Made by a program: the position numbers and the translations under genes | Notes under the pieces: generated by a model | What the model was told of the DNA's origin: nothing | Database searches by the model: none | The model's input: only the letters and a program-made list of their open reading frames with translations | Part shown: in pieces, positions 32,330-44,134 of the stretch | Numbering within the stretch: position 1 is the stretch's first letter | Layout of the letters: each line of letters begins with the position of its first letter | Source: Oikopleura dioica | Lineage: Eukaryota > Animalia > Chordata | DNA: 64,000 nt | Direction of reading: 5' to 3' | Assembly: GCA_907165135.1 (NCBI GenBank) | Contig: OU015569.1 | Location: 12,834,001 to 12,898,000 of the forward strand

Positions 32330-33645
32330 TTACTATTTTTCTTAACAATAACTGACCTATTAATGTGGTGAGTTTTGTTCAAATGCATGTCATAAATTTT
32401 CTTCTTCCACCATCGCCACTTGTTCTCTTCCATGAATTGTCGCACGATTTTGTTGTCTGGCATAAATACAGCGTTGTAAAAGCGCAACTGCTGCTCGAGG
32501 CCGAACTCGTAGAGACGCTTGCTCTCGAAACGGATCAAAGTAGCGCCTTGCGAAATCACCGTCAGTTTGCGATCGTCGTCTTCGTTGCTCTTAGAAGGTT
32601 CGAAATCAAGAGAAAATTGAAATTAAAAATTTCGAAGGATCTTGCGAACCTTGTCATGATGAAATCGCCGGTGATGAGTCGACCCACGCGGGAACAGATC
32701 GTATAGTTAGTCGAAGGCGAAAGCCGCTTTTGCTGATATCCTTCTGGTATTTCGTTCAAGCACTCTTCGAACTCGCTGTGTTCGGTCAAATCTACGACCC
32801 TGAAAATGTCTGCCGAGCCTCAGTTTCGGGATAACTTCGTAAATTTCTTAGTAAACAAAAAGCTGTCCTTGTTGATCTTCTAACTTTCTGCATGTGTACC
32901 CTTGTTGATCCTTGGGCCACGTATTTTTTACCCAATTAATTGCCAAGCCTACCTTAGCTGGATGATTAAAACGAATGAAAGACTACGAGGCCAAAGATCA
33001 ACAAAGGCATACCTGCAAAAAGCTAAAGGACCAACAAGACTAACCCCTCTGAATAGATAAAAAGTTGGAAATCCGATTCCTTGATAAATGAATGTTGTAA
33101 AACGCGACTTTCGAACATCTGTTTCTATCACCGATCCGGCGTTTGACTGTTCCAATTTGCTCTCCCGCGCCATTCTCGTCACTAGATTCAAGTCTGGCGT
33201 GACGCCTTTCTGATGCATCAGCTGACTCTCGCTAAAGAACTGCACCCGCTTTTCTAGTTCCTGCTCGATAAGGATCCCCAGCCCCAGCCGCGAGAAATCG
33301 TCAGCGTCAATCACCATAAACTCGCACGCTTCAATGCAGCAGATTGTTGCGTTTCTAGGCGCCTTGAGTTTTTGATCTTTATTTTTGAAGTTGAAAATGG
33401 GGTTTTTACCTTTGTGATCAGCGCCAATTCGCCAAAACAAGCTCCTAGAAATTTGTTACAAACTTGATTGAAAAACAAGGAATAAAAACGAACCTGGTTT
33501 GAGCGTGATTGGATCAGGCGTGCTGAAAATTACGTCTTCGTTTTTGCTGAAGCTGACTCCGACCTTGCCATAACAGAGAAAGTACATTGAATGCGCGATG
33601 TGCCCCTTTCGGATAATCACACGGCGCCTTTCGAACGTCTCGTAA
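32330..33645 (-). CDS. Cyclic-nucleotide-binding-domain protein (CNBD2-like); 5' exons and stop not resolved
   Basis: YETFERRRVIIRKGHIAHSMYFLCYGKV; G|ACFGELALI; APRNATICCIEACEFMVIDADDF (cNMP-binding cassette); C-terminal ISQGATLIRF...FMEENKWRWWKK. Confidence 0.7.
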
Positions 33646-33825
33646 CTAGAAAATCACTGTCATTATCGCCGGAGCTATGCACTTGTATAGTTTCGTATTT
33701 TGTTGTTTAGTCTGTTTGGGTTTTGAACTGCTCAGTTGCGGTCGCGCTCAGGCCGCGATGAAGGCCCCGTGATTTCATACTCTAATTTTTAGAGCTGCCT
33801 TCCTTTTCATTTTCAAGGTTAAACT

Positions 33826-33870
33826 CTGGGCTCGGCAACTTGTATAGAAAACCTTAGTCAGTGTCTGAAG
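33826..33870. mobile_element. MITE family A, left arm
   Basis: CTGGGCTCGGCAACTTGTATAGAAAACCTTAGTCAG. Confidence 0.65.
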
Positions 33871-34720
33871 AGCGGTTTTTTATAAACCGAGCCGCAAAGC
33901 GGCATCGTAACACAATCACTTTTATCAATTTTATTCAACTTATAATTTATAAGTTAAAAAGCGGCTTTATAAAGATGAAGAACTTATAAAGATTATTCTT
34001 GCTGGGCGATTTACCCACGGTGGGTGCGGGTCCCCGCTTCGCTCGAATTGCTCAAAAATGCGCCAGTTGTGAAGATTTCCATCGATTTCCTATGGAAAGC
34101 CTGTCATTTCACAGTCGAGTGGGTCGCGTCTTAATAAATTTGTAGTTTTCAGGGATTATTAGTTTCCCCTGACGTGGCTGAAATTTTCGAAAAATAAAGA
34201 GCAGTCCATTTTGCGCAGTCTAGGAGTCTTGGATTCCTGGAGTTTGTTGCGTATTTCAACACTGGCATATATACAAACAAAGTTTGTCTATTTTGGAAAC
34301 TATCACTTTGGAAGCTGGAAGTTTCTCCGAAATTTGCGCGGAAACGCAATGCTACCTCTTTTCCAAACGGCCTCGTATTACAAGAAGGGATTAAAGAAGG
34401 AGGCGGCAGGTCGATTGTGGGAGAGGAGTTTCCATTTTGGATGTATATGTGGTGCGTGGCGGTGGATTTGGCGCTGGTGTTGTGTTATTGGATGGTGAAT
34501 TTTGGCTATTGGGGAACGGGATGAGCACCGCCGCGCTCAAATTGTGGTTCGGCCCGGGCGCCCGGCGCCATTCATCACTACTCCAGCGCGCGCAAAAAGC
34601 AAACTCTTCCAACAAAAGCGAAATTTTGAACATCGCAACCGAGCTGAACCACACTTTCAGCACATAAATCCCCCACAGCCTCCAAAAAAGCAAGAGAAAG
34701 AAGGAAAGAGACCCGAGAAG

Positions 34721-35587
34721 ATGGAGACTGGTGCAATTGTCTTCATAATTTTCCTGGTCGGTGCTGGTGTCGGCATTCTCAGATGCTTGCACAAAAAGGA
34801 AAAGAGGAAAAATCAAGGTAAAATTGACAAAAATGATGATTCTATTTTACCTCATTTAGCAACTTTATACCTTTAGCAATTTTTAAATTAAAAGCATTAC
34901 GCTTTAACAATTTTATAATTTATATTCCGGTTTTTGAAAAAAATCCCTAACAAAATGGCTAGTTGCCAAAATACAACACCAGCCAAATATCGCTGGGATA
35001 CGAGCGGACGTTTCAATTTTATCAAATGTCAACTCTTGAGTTCTTTAGACTTTGAGTAATTCTAGCAGTTAGAGCTTAGGAAAAGTTGCAATAACAATAA
35101 CGATTTCTATTGACTTTTATGAGTAAAGCGAGGAAGCTTGAACGTGGCAAAAATATTCTAGCAATAGACTTAGTCATCATCTCGTAGCATCGCGAAAAGT
35201 CCTTTTGGGCAAATCGCGCCATAGTCAAACAAATTCTAACATTCAAGCGATAGTTGATACGGAACTGTCTAACTCCACCGGCCTTAGCTCGGCAACCTAT
35301 GCGAAAAACCTAAGTCAGGGTTCGAAACACCTCGTATGAAAAGCCTCCTGGCTTCATTTTTATTTGAGAACTTTCGTACCCTTACTCAGGTCTTTTACAC
35401 GGGGTGCCGACTTGTAGGATTTGTACTTGTAGAAAAGGAATTAACACAATCTTCCTACGACTTTTGACTTTTGATGATGAATTTAGTTGCTAGAAATTTT
35501 TAACGAGTTTGTTCAGAAATGGACGAGGAAGACCCCGAAGCACCCTCAGTGAAGACGGAGCCAGTTTACGGCAGCAGCGGCTATTAA
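34721..35587 (+). CDS. Possible small single-pass membrane protein (at least 2 exons)
   Basis: METGAIVFIIFLVGAGVGILRCLHKKEKRKNQG followed by a GT donor; candidate last exon MDEEDPEAPSVKTEPVYGSSGY*. Confidence 0.3.
35283..35411. mobile_element. MITE family A copy
   Basis: CTCGGCAACCTATGCGAAAAACCTAAGTCAGGG ... CCCTTACTCAGGTCTTTTACACGGGGTGCCGA. Confidence 0.75.
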
Positions 35588-35956
35588 AATTATCCACCCT
35601 GTTTATTTCCGTCCTTAATTCTCGACGCCGTTATCTTACTGAAAACTGAAAAACCTAACTTGCCGGTAAAGCTACCAAAAGCCCGAATTCCGAATTTTAT
35701 TTCTTTAAAAACTTTTTTTCGCGACTTTTTTTTCAATGTAAAAAATGAAATTTGAAAAAAAAGCCCCTTTTTGAATCTTTTTTGAAAAGGGATTTTTTCA
35801 TTAGCGACTGAATGTCATTAAAATTATCGTCTAAAAAAATGTAACTGAAAACTGAATTATCGTCAAAAACTGAAACAATGTCTGCTTTTCCCTTCATGCA
35901 ACCTTTCTTTTACAACACAAAAAAGCGAAATATAACAAAGAAAAACTCTTGAATGC

Positions 35957-37040
35957 TTACATACCGCATGACCTTGCAGAGGGCATTTTGGAGATTGTTG
36001 GAAAATTGCTTGAAGGAGTGGAGTTTCTGGAGATAGGATCGAAGGCAGCCGATTTCCACGCTGTTTCGATCGTGGGGGCTCTGGGAAATATGTCAGGAAC
36101 AGGGGACATTCGATATTTGTAGAAAACCTGAGTCAGGGTCCGAATGAACTTAAATGAAAAGCCGCGTGGCATTACTTTTGCAATCTATTTTGAAGTCTTT
36201 GCGGCTTCGTTTTTAGAAAGCCGCTTTTGATTTAAGATCATCCAGACCCTGCCTAACTCAGGTTTTCTACACAGGATGCCGAGTAGCTTACCTTTTTTGT
36301 AATGAGTCTTAACTTATTCGGAAGCATGGCACATCTGGAAGCGTTGAAATAGAAGGGGTTGAAATGGACGCCTTCCGCCTTGCCAGAGGAGTATTGAACC
36401 CAGGGAACTATCGAGTCCTGTTCTGCTTATTGACGGGCTCGATTTTGAAATACTTGGGAAATTCTGTCGAAATTGGAAAAAAATTTCCGAGCCTTTTCTT
36501 CTGGATCAAGTCGGAGAGCGACTCGTGTCGGTGCGTCGCTTGAAGAAGCACCTTCGCCTGCTGGTGGAGCATTTCCGAGTCCTTCTTTGTCAGACCGTCC
36601 GCGAATTTGTCCCGAAGCTGGTTGACTTCGCGCATCGTGTGCTGCTGAAGCGCGTAGACGCGGATCAGCTTCGCCACGCGAGTCATGATGCTCACTGCTT
36701 TCGCCACTCTGAATTAATGAATTTCCGATTTCGACGAGTCGAAATCTCTAACCTCGCAAATCTGCCAACCCTTTTTCCCGTGTACTGGCTCATAAAAGAG
36801 TCGAATCGTTGGCGCGGCATTTCCAGCTCGTCCTCTTATATTTTTTCAAAAATACAGATTCTGTATTACAGAAATAAATATGAAATACCTTCAATATCCT
36901 CGACGACGGGTTTCTTCTGAAGACGCACTCGCCTGGGGCGCCAATTGTACTCCCAAGTGCCGCTCCACAGTTCGGCGGGGGCAGATCCATTTGAATCCGC
37001 GGACGAAGGCTGTTTTCATTGTCAATCAGTAAAAAATTCA
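35957..37040 (-). CDS. Uncharacterised multi-exon gene (partial model)
   Basis: Coding-like exons (KAVSIMTRVAKLIRVYALQQHTMREVNQLRDKF...) separated by short AT-rich introns; no known motif. Confidence 0.35.
36110..36283. mobile_element. MITE family A copy (intronic)
   Basis: TGTAGAAAACCTGAGTCAGGGTC ... ACTCAGGTTTTCTACACAGGATGCCGAG. Confidence 0.8.
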
Positions 37041-37219
37041 CGAATCTTTTATCAATTTCGAAAGGAAAGAAAAATTAATAAGAGCAAATCTCAAAAAGAG
37101 AATTTTTAATTGACCCTTCCCCGAAGTTTTTGAATCCTACTACAAGGAGGCGCTGTCAGCGGCCGAACCTTGAAAGGAGCTTCCGAAAATCCAGTCTGAA
37201 AATCATATTTTTCGGAGAG

Positions 37220-37311
37220 TAGGGCTGGTAACCTGTGAAGAGATCTGAGTCAGGGTCTTGAAAAGCTCATCAGAGCTTTACCAGGACCTTGACTCAGAAT
37301 GCCGCGCCCTG
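37220..37311. mobile_element. MITE family A copy, degenerate
   Basis: GGTAACCTGTGAAGAGATCTGAGTCAGGGTC ... GACCTTGACTCAGA. Confidence 0.55.
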
Positions 37312-37864
37312 ATTAGAGCAAGAATAGAGTCAACCTAATTTACCGTCATCGTCCAAACTAAATCATGTTTTTTCGAGAAAAGAGCTAAATAACAAATGTT
37401 CTAGAGCCAGAGAAACGCCGAAAAGAAAAAAAAGGGTTCTTTCAAAAACGCATTACATATATAAAAAGATATGATTTCCCATTGGCGGTAGTCATTTTTA
37501 CCTCGCACTGCAGAAAAAAGGCAACGGGCAATTCTTGTTCGAGCAGAAGAAACAAATCGGGCAATACCACTATCGTGAAAGATGAAATCGTAATGAACGT
37601 TTACTCGACCGGGTTGAAAGAAGATCCGATATTCCAATATGGTATTTTAGGGCCATCTTTTCTCGATGAAAAATATGGTTCAGAGTTTGAAGAAGAAAAT
37701 GAGCGATTCAAAAAGAAAGTTTTCTTTTCTTCAAAAAGAAGCACGCGTTCTACGGACTCACAAATTTTAACAATCAACAACTCGGTGACATCTCCAGAAG
37801 CAGCTAGCTTTACAGTTGCGACAGCTTCTACGTCCAAGCTCAAATTTGAACAGAACGTAGTATT

Positions 37865-38607
37865 ATCTCAAAATTCGGCCACCTATAGCCGAATTATTCG
37901 TCAATATTTTCAATAATTCTGAATGAAAAATTCGGCCAAATTGACCGAATTATTGGGCGGATTCTACAAAGTATTTTGGTGAAAAATTCGGCCAGTGAAA
38001 TTCTCCGTGGACAGTCATTTTTCTTTTTTGAGGGCTTTCGCAATCGCTATGAATGCTTGTTATCAATTCTGATAATTTGATTTTTTAGGACAATAACCGG
38101 ACTTATCAATTCCACAAGAATTCCGGTCGACCTCTTTCTAATAGCAACTGGTCTGCGGCGCAGACTCTGCGCGGTAAGAGCTAGTTGCAGTTCCCCAGGA
38201 CTTTTTTTTGATAAGAAAATTAAGATCGTAGTATTCGCTAAAATAAAGGTTAGGGTTAGGGGGCACCTGCAAAAATGACGGAACAAATTACCCGAGGGGG
38301 ATAGGCTAGGGTTAGTTAGGGTTACCTTCGGTAACCCTAAGTAACCCTAGACTAGACCCCGGCATCTTAGGACCGAAGGGGCGGAGCCCCGAGGTTAGGA
38401 ACCATTAGATTGGATACTTTTCTACTGATAAAATGGAGACTCTTAATAAACGAGTGGCTTTATAGGGGCGCGGCCTTTACTTTTGGGGGCCGAATTTTTC
38501 ATCCAAAAAATCCTTCAATTTCGGTCGAATAATTCGGCCACTCTGGCCGAATTATTCATTCAAAATATGAGTATATGAAAATTCGGCATTTGGCCGAATT
38601 TTGAGAT
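37865..38607. mobile_element. TIR element with iterated AATTCGGCC subterminal motifs
   Basis: Perfect 16-bp TIR ATCTCAAAATTCGGCC / GGCCGAATTTTGAGAT; about 5 AATTCGG/CCGAATT motifs per arm. Confidence 0.75.
38291..38400 (+). repeat. Dispersed family T repeat
   Basis: Near-identical to 15374-15471; GGGGCGGAGCCCC hairpin. Confidence 0.8.
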
Positions 38608-38682
38608 CATACTACCGAACAGAAGAAGAAGGAGCTATTGCTAATGGTAAGCCAGGAAAGCATGGAAGAATATATCTAAAAA

Positions 38683-39237
38683 ATGGATGTTGAGCAAAAT
38701 GCTCCGAACTCTTCTCGCATGAGGGCGCAAGGTGCGCGGAGGACTCTGAATCCTCCGAACTTTGCGAGTCCAGGGAGAACTGATGAGTTGGCGATAAGGC
38801 GTGATTCCTCCTTTCTGCGCTCTTCTTGACGGCAAAGACAACCAGGTAAATTCTAAGACCAAAGGAATGCCTCTTTATGATCGCTTCTTTAGGTTGTGCA
38901 AGTGGTACTGGACGGTCTCCAGAAGTCTGGAGTCCAGAACATTCTGAGAATGGCAGCTCCAGAGGGTCTCGAGAACGTGACTTCGCAGATCGAAGAATGC
39001 GGCGGCGTTGACAAGATCGAGCTCTTGCAGAACCGCAAAAACGAAGAAATCTACAAGGTAATAAACTGACCTCATCAAGCCCGATTTCAAGCCTTTCTCT
39101 TTCAGCTGGCTTACGAGATCATCGCCCAGTACTTCCGAGACGACGTCGACGAAGCAGTCGACCCTCAAACGATGGACGGGCAGTACGCCTTCGCCGTCAA
39201 CAACGAACAACAGCAAAACAACTTTTACTTTCACTAA
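38683..39237 (+). pseudogene. KPNA3/4: Importin-alpha-3 (KPNA3/4-type) C-terminal fragment only; truncated duplicate or novel short gene
   Basis: Spliced GVIPPFCALLDGKDNQ|[39 protein letters not shown]|LAYEIIAQYF...FYFH*, matching the KPNA3/4 C-terminus; no IBB or ARM1-8 sequence recognisable upstream in the window. Confidence 0.75.
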
Positions 39238-41265
39238 CCGTGTTAAAAACAGTTTTAACTTGTGTCTTGTTCGCCCTAAATTCTCCAATCTAAGTTATTT
39301 TCTACTCTTCACCTAACTAGTTAGTAGGGGCTGTAAAAGAGAGAACAGTTTAAACTCAAATCATCTAAATTTGCCGAATTGTTTCTGGCAGTAACTTAGA
39401 CCAAGATAAAATAAACAGAAACGACTCATCAAAATTTAAACTACTAAAGTTCTCCTGCTAAAGTTAGACTCAACATCTCCTCCTCCTCTCATCTCCTGCG
39501 TTACTTTTGCGTATTCCCGCTATTTCGTTTTTTGTTAGAGAAACTTGTAATAATAGCCGCGGCAGTTGCTCTGAACTGAATCCATCTCTGTCCATTTTTG
39601 TGAATTGAAAAATGAAAACTGTTTCTTTTTAAACTATTGCTCTGCCGCGCTTCTTACCCTGCCCTGTACCACCACCGAGCGGTTACTCCTTCTCTTGACG
39701 TCATCTCGACTGGCCAAAATCTCTACTTGGCCGAAAAAAGGGAAAAGACCTCCAAAATAGCTTTTTAAATTTTAAGAAATACTTTCTTGACTTAAAAATG
39801 CCCTGTTTTCAACTTGAAAAAGCCTGAACCCGACAGATTTATTAGACTTCTTCACAATTTTTGAAACTGATCGAAAAGAACGGTCCCTTTCTATCCCACC
39901 ACTGGAGGAGTCAAAACTCCTCCATCAGATAAACCAGGTCCTATGTTGGCTACTTATTGCTCTGGCACAGACTACTTTGGCTCTTTCCTGTAAAAAATTA
40001 AATTATTGACTCAATTGTACTATACTCTATTTTGTTTCTCGCCAGAAAGCAAAAGAGCGAGCATAAGGCCGGTTACGTAATCGTGCAAGCCCGTGCGTAC
40101 CCTAGAACCTACTCAAGAATCCACGATCCGAGTACGTCCAGTCGGGCTTCTCTGTCATTACTGTACAAGCGGCCTGGCTGCGCGCTACTCGAGACAGTAA
40201 AAATAAACTCGAAAGAGAACTCGCTCTTCGAGTAAATCGGTGCCTAACTCCAACGGCTAGTAACTGGCACAGTAACTGACTGAAGCGACAACGACAAAAA
40301 TGTAAATTCACGCGCGCAGAGCCAGCTACTACGCTCAAAGTTGGAGTCGCACCGAAAACCCCACGAGCGGCGCTGTTTCCAAGAACGCGCTCGTGCCCCG
40401 CTTCAACTCCCACCGTCCCGCAATTTACCTCAAATTGTACCCGCTATGAGAATAGCCAATTTAATTTAAGAGCAATCGAACTCGTCTTATTTATTATTAT
40501 TTATCATTACTGAATTTACGCGTATTTATTCCTTTTTTACTATAAGTGTGCCCTTGGCTTCTTTTCCTAGAATTCCGATAACTGTTAGCTTCTATTTCCA
40601 TTATTATTATTTTTATCATTATTTAGTAAGTAACTTAGTGACAACTTCTTACTCCCCTGCTTATTTTCTCGAAAAATCAAATTGTGTACTCTTTCTCAAA
40701 GCACCCTCAAGTGGTTAATAAATAGACTGAGTGGGAAAAAGAGCTCGATTATGTTTCATATATTTCATTCATAGTCTCGATCATCGACATATCCGCCGTA
40801 GTTGTCAGCAGAAACAGGATTTACGTACTCGCCTCGTTGGCTAAGCTTCGTTGTCAGGATTTTGTCAGAATCAAATTCAGCGACAGAAGAACGATGAAGC
40901 TAACTTGCCTTATTTTCATTCTTGATCATCAGAAGTTCTTGCTGCAGAAGCTCAATTCCGAGTTCTGTTCCGAATGATCTTTTAGGAAGACAGGTTTGAT
41001 TCCAAGATCGAGTTTGTGAATAATCGGCTTGAGAACAGGGTCATCTTTCATCAGGCAGACATTGGGAACTCGTTTGTCAGGTATGTTTGAAACAAGCGGA
41101 TCTAGCCCGTTCTCCAGCTTTTCTGGTATTCTTTTGTAATGTTCGAAAAACTTGACTAAAGAACTTGAATTGCAAATGTTTCGATTCCGCGAAAAACTTA
41201 TGTCGCTCTTCCGAGTTTTTGCCGCCAAAAGGATGATATCCGCTCGAAAGGTTGTAGGCGGTCAC

Positions 41266-41402
41266 CTGGGCAGAACTGTCCAGGAAGTCCAATTTGCTTT
41301 CCTGGACAGTTTCTGCACAGGAACTGAGGGCACAGTTTTCCTGGACAGTGCTCTGTCCAGGAAAGGTGTTCTGAAGTTCCTGGACAGCGCCTGTCCAGGT
41401 CA
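41266..41402. repeat. Cluster of CCTGGACAG / CTGTCCAGG motifs in alternating orientation
   Basis: About 7 copies within 140 bp, forming short palindromes. Confidence 0.7.
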
Positions 41403-42148
41403 CAACATTTTACCATCCATAGTTCCTAGCCAGTTTTCCCCCGTCGAAATAAACAAATTCTTAAATCTTGAGACTCTTCAACGTCTATGTTTGTATTTTT
41501 CAACATGTCTAGCACTTCATTTTAGTGACTACAATATCTATCTATCAAACAGAACTAAGCCGTGAGAGTTGACGTTCTCCACGGGTCAATTTTGACGGAG
41601 TCCGACTGAAGTTAACCGAGAGAAGTGAACTTCTCCTCGGATCAGTTTAGACGGAGGTCTGAATGAAGTGAACAGAGAAAGGCGACCTTCTCCTCGGGCC
41701 CCTTTGGCCGGGGGTCCGACTGAACTTAGCAGAGAGAGGTGACATTCTTCTCGGGTCAAATTGGCCGGACGTCCGACTTAACTTGACCGAGAGAGGTGAC
41801 CTTCTCCTTGGGTCAGTTTCTGCCGATGGTACAACAGAACTAAGCCGAGAGAGATGACCTTCTCCTCGGGTCAGTTAAGCGGGGGTCCGAGTGAACTGAA
41901 TAGAAGAGGTTATCTTCTCCTTGGGTCAGTTTGGCCGGATGTCCGACTGAGCTGAACCGAGTGAGGTGACCTTCTTCTCGGGTTAGTTTTGCCGGGGGTT
42001 CGACTGAACTTAATCGAGAGAGGTGACCTACGCCTCTTGTCAAGTTGGCATGGGGTCCGACTGAATTGAACCGATGGAGTTGACCTTCTTCTCGGGTCAA
42101 TTCGGCCGGAGGACCGACTTAACTGGACCGAGAAAAGTGACTTTTTCC

Positions 42149-42413
42149 GGGGGGCGGGCGGCTACGTTACAAATTTGTAACGCCGTTACAATTTTGTAAC
42201 GCCGTTACAAGAATTCAGATTTTTTTCGCAATAAAAATTATTTTCCATTCCGTAATTTTTATTATTTTGGACAGAATAAGCGATAAGGTGTACTTAAATG
42301 TAGTTTCCTTTAATTCAAGCGCGAAGCGCACACTCGTTCAATGATTTTGATTTTGAATTTTTGTAACGCCGTTACAATTTTAACTACTTGTTACGTAGCC
42401 GCCCTACACCCCC
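42149..42413. mobile_element. MITE inserted in the 56-bp satellite, 6-bp TSD
   Basis: TTTTCC|GGGGGGCGGGCGGCTACGTTACA ... TGTTACGTAGCCGCCCTACACCCCC|TTTTCC; three internal TTGTAACGCCGTTACAA palindromes. Confidence 0.8.
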
Positions 42414-43417
42414 TTTTCCTCTGGTCAGTTTTGGCGGAGGTCAAACTGAACTGAGCCGAGAGAGGTGATCTTCTCCTCGGGGCAGTTTGGCCGGGGGTCC
42501 GACGTAACTAAAGTTAAGTTATGTCGGACGTCCGGCCAATTTGACCTGAGAAGAATGTCACCTCTCTCTGCTAAGTTCAGTCGGACCCCCGGCCAAAGGG
42601 GCCCGAGGAGAAGGTCGCCTTTCTCTGTTCACTTCAGTCAGACCTCCGTCTAAACTGATCCGAGGAGAAGTTCACTTCTCTCGGTTCACTTCAGTCGGAC
42701 TCCGTCAAAATTGACCCGGGGAGAACGTCAACTCTCACGGCTTAGTTCTCTTTGACCATCGGCAAAATCTGACCCAAAGAGAAGGTTACCTCACTCGGTC
42801 CAGTTTAGTCGGAACCCCGCCATACTGACCCGAGGAGAAGGTCACTCCTCAAGGTTCAGTATAAAACCCCGGCCAAACTGACAAAAGGAGAAGGTCACCT
42901 CTCTCGGTTCAATTCAGTCGGGCCCACGCCAAATTGACTCGAGGAGAATATCACCTCTCTCAGTTTAATTCAGTCGGACCCTGGCAAAACTGTTAAGAGA
43001 GGTCAACTCTCTCTGTCCACTTAAGTCGGACAACCGGCCAACTTGACCCGAGAAGAAGGTCATCTTTCTCGGTTCCGTTCAGTCTTATGCCCGGCCAAAT
43101 TGATCCGAGGAGAAGGTCACCTCTCTCGGCTTAGTTCTGTTGGACCATCGGCAAAATCTGACCCAAGGAGATGGTCACCTCTCTTGGTCCATTAAAGTCG
43201 GACAACCGGCAAACTTGACCCGAGAAGGAGATCATCTCTCCCGGTTTCATTTAGTTGGACCCCCGCCATTCTGACCCGAGGAGAAGGTCACCTCTCTCGG
43301 TTTGGTTCAGTCTGAACCACGGCCAGCTGACCCGGGGAAAAGGTCACCTCTCTCGGTTCAGTAAAATTGGACCATCGGCTAAACTGACCCGAGGAGAAGA
43401 CAACCTCTATCGGTTAA

Positions 43418-44134
43418 GACCCGGTTAGGTTGTGCCGCGGCGAACTTGCTCGCCGATATTCTTGGGAATAAGATTTTTGTAATTTTCTTTTTGTAAAGGA
43501 TATCTACAGTTCTTCAGCTTTCCTATTCAGTTTTCCGTTTTTCTCTATAACCACTCATTGATGAGCTAGATCAAAAAGGGAGCGCAACTTCAAAAGGCAT
43601 CAAGTCCTGCAAATTTTATTTTATCTTTCAGAAACCTGCACCATTAAAAAGCCCATTAAATTGACCAGATTCCACCTAATGCGCAAAACCTCTCATTACT
43701 TATTTCGGATTAAAAGCTGATTAACCAAAGAACTTAGCGCGCTCAGCACGGCAGGACGCTATTTTGGGCTCCCGAGACATGATTCCTGCTGGGCGCGCGT
43801 TAGGAATTTTTGTTTGTATGACCTGTATCGCTTATTAGTACTGTTTCAATTTTGCGCATTAGGTGGAATCTGAGGGAAATTCGGACCATGGGCTTTTAAA
43901 TGGTGCAGGTTTCTGAAAGATAAAATAATATTTGCAGGACTTGATGCCTTTGAAGTTGCGCTCCCCTTTTTTGATCTAGCTCATCAATGAGTGGTTATAG
44001 AGAAAAACGGAAAACTGAATAGGAAAGCTGAAGAACTGTAGATATCCTTTACAAAAAGAAAATAACAAAAATCTTATTCCCAAGAATATCGGCGAGCGCT
44101 TGAAGTTCGGCGCGGCGCTACCTAACCGGGTCCC
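43418..44134. mobile_element. TTAA-flanked foldback element with ~270-bp near-identical arms, inserted in the 56-bp satellite
   Basis: TTAA|GACCCGGTTAGGT ... ACCTAACCGGGTCCC|TTAA; 43445-43690 is the reverse complement of 43850-44095. Confidence 0.9.

Noticed and set aside
38245-38345. Interstitial telomere array
   Set aside because: At most two adjacent TTAGGG units; better explained as part of dispersed family T.
38875-39288. 137-aa minus-strand ORF
   Set aside because: Antisense shadow of the importin-alpha exons found on the plus strand.
39690-40720. Possible solo LTR or other element
   Set aside because: LTR-like texture, but no second copy, TSD or terminal motif could be demonstrated in the window.
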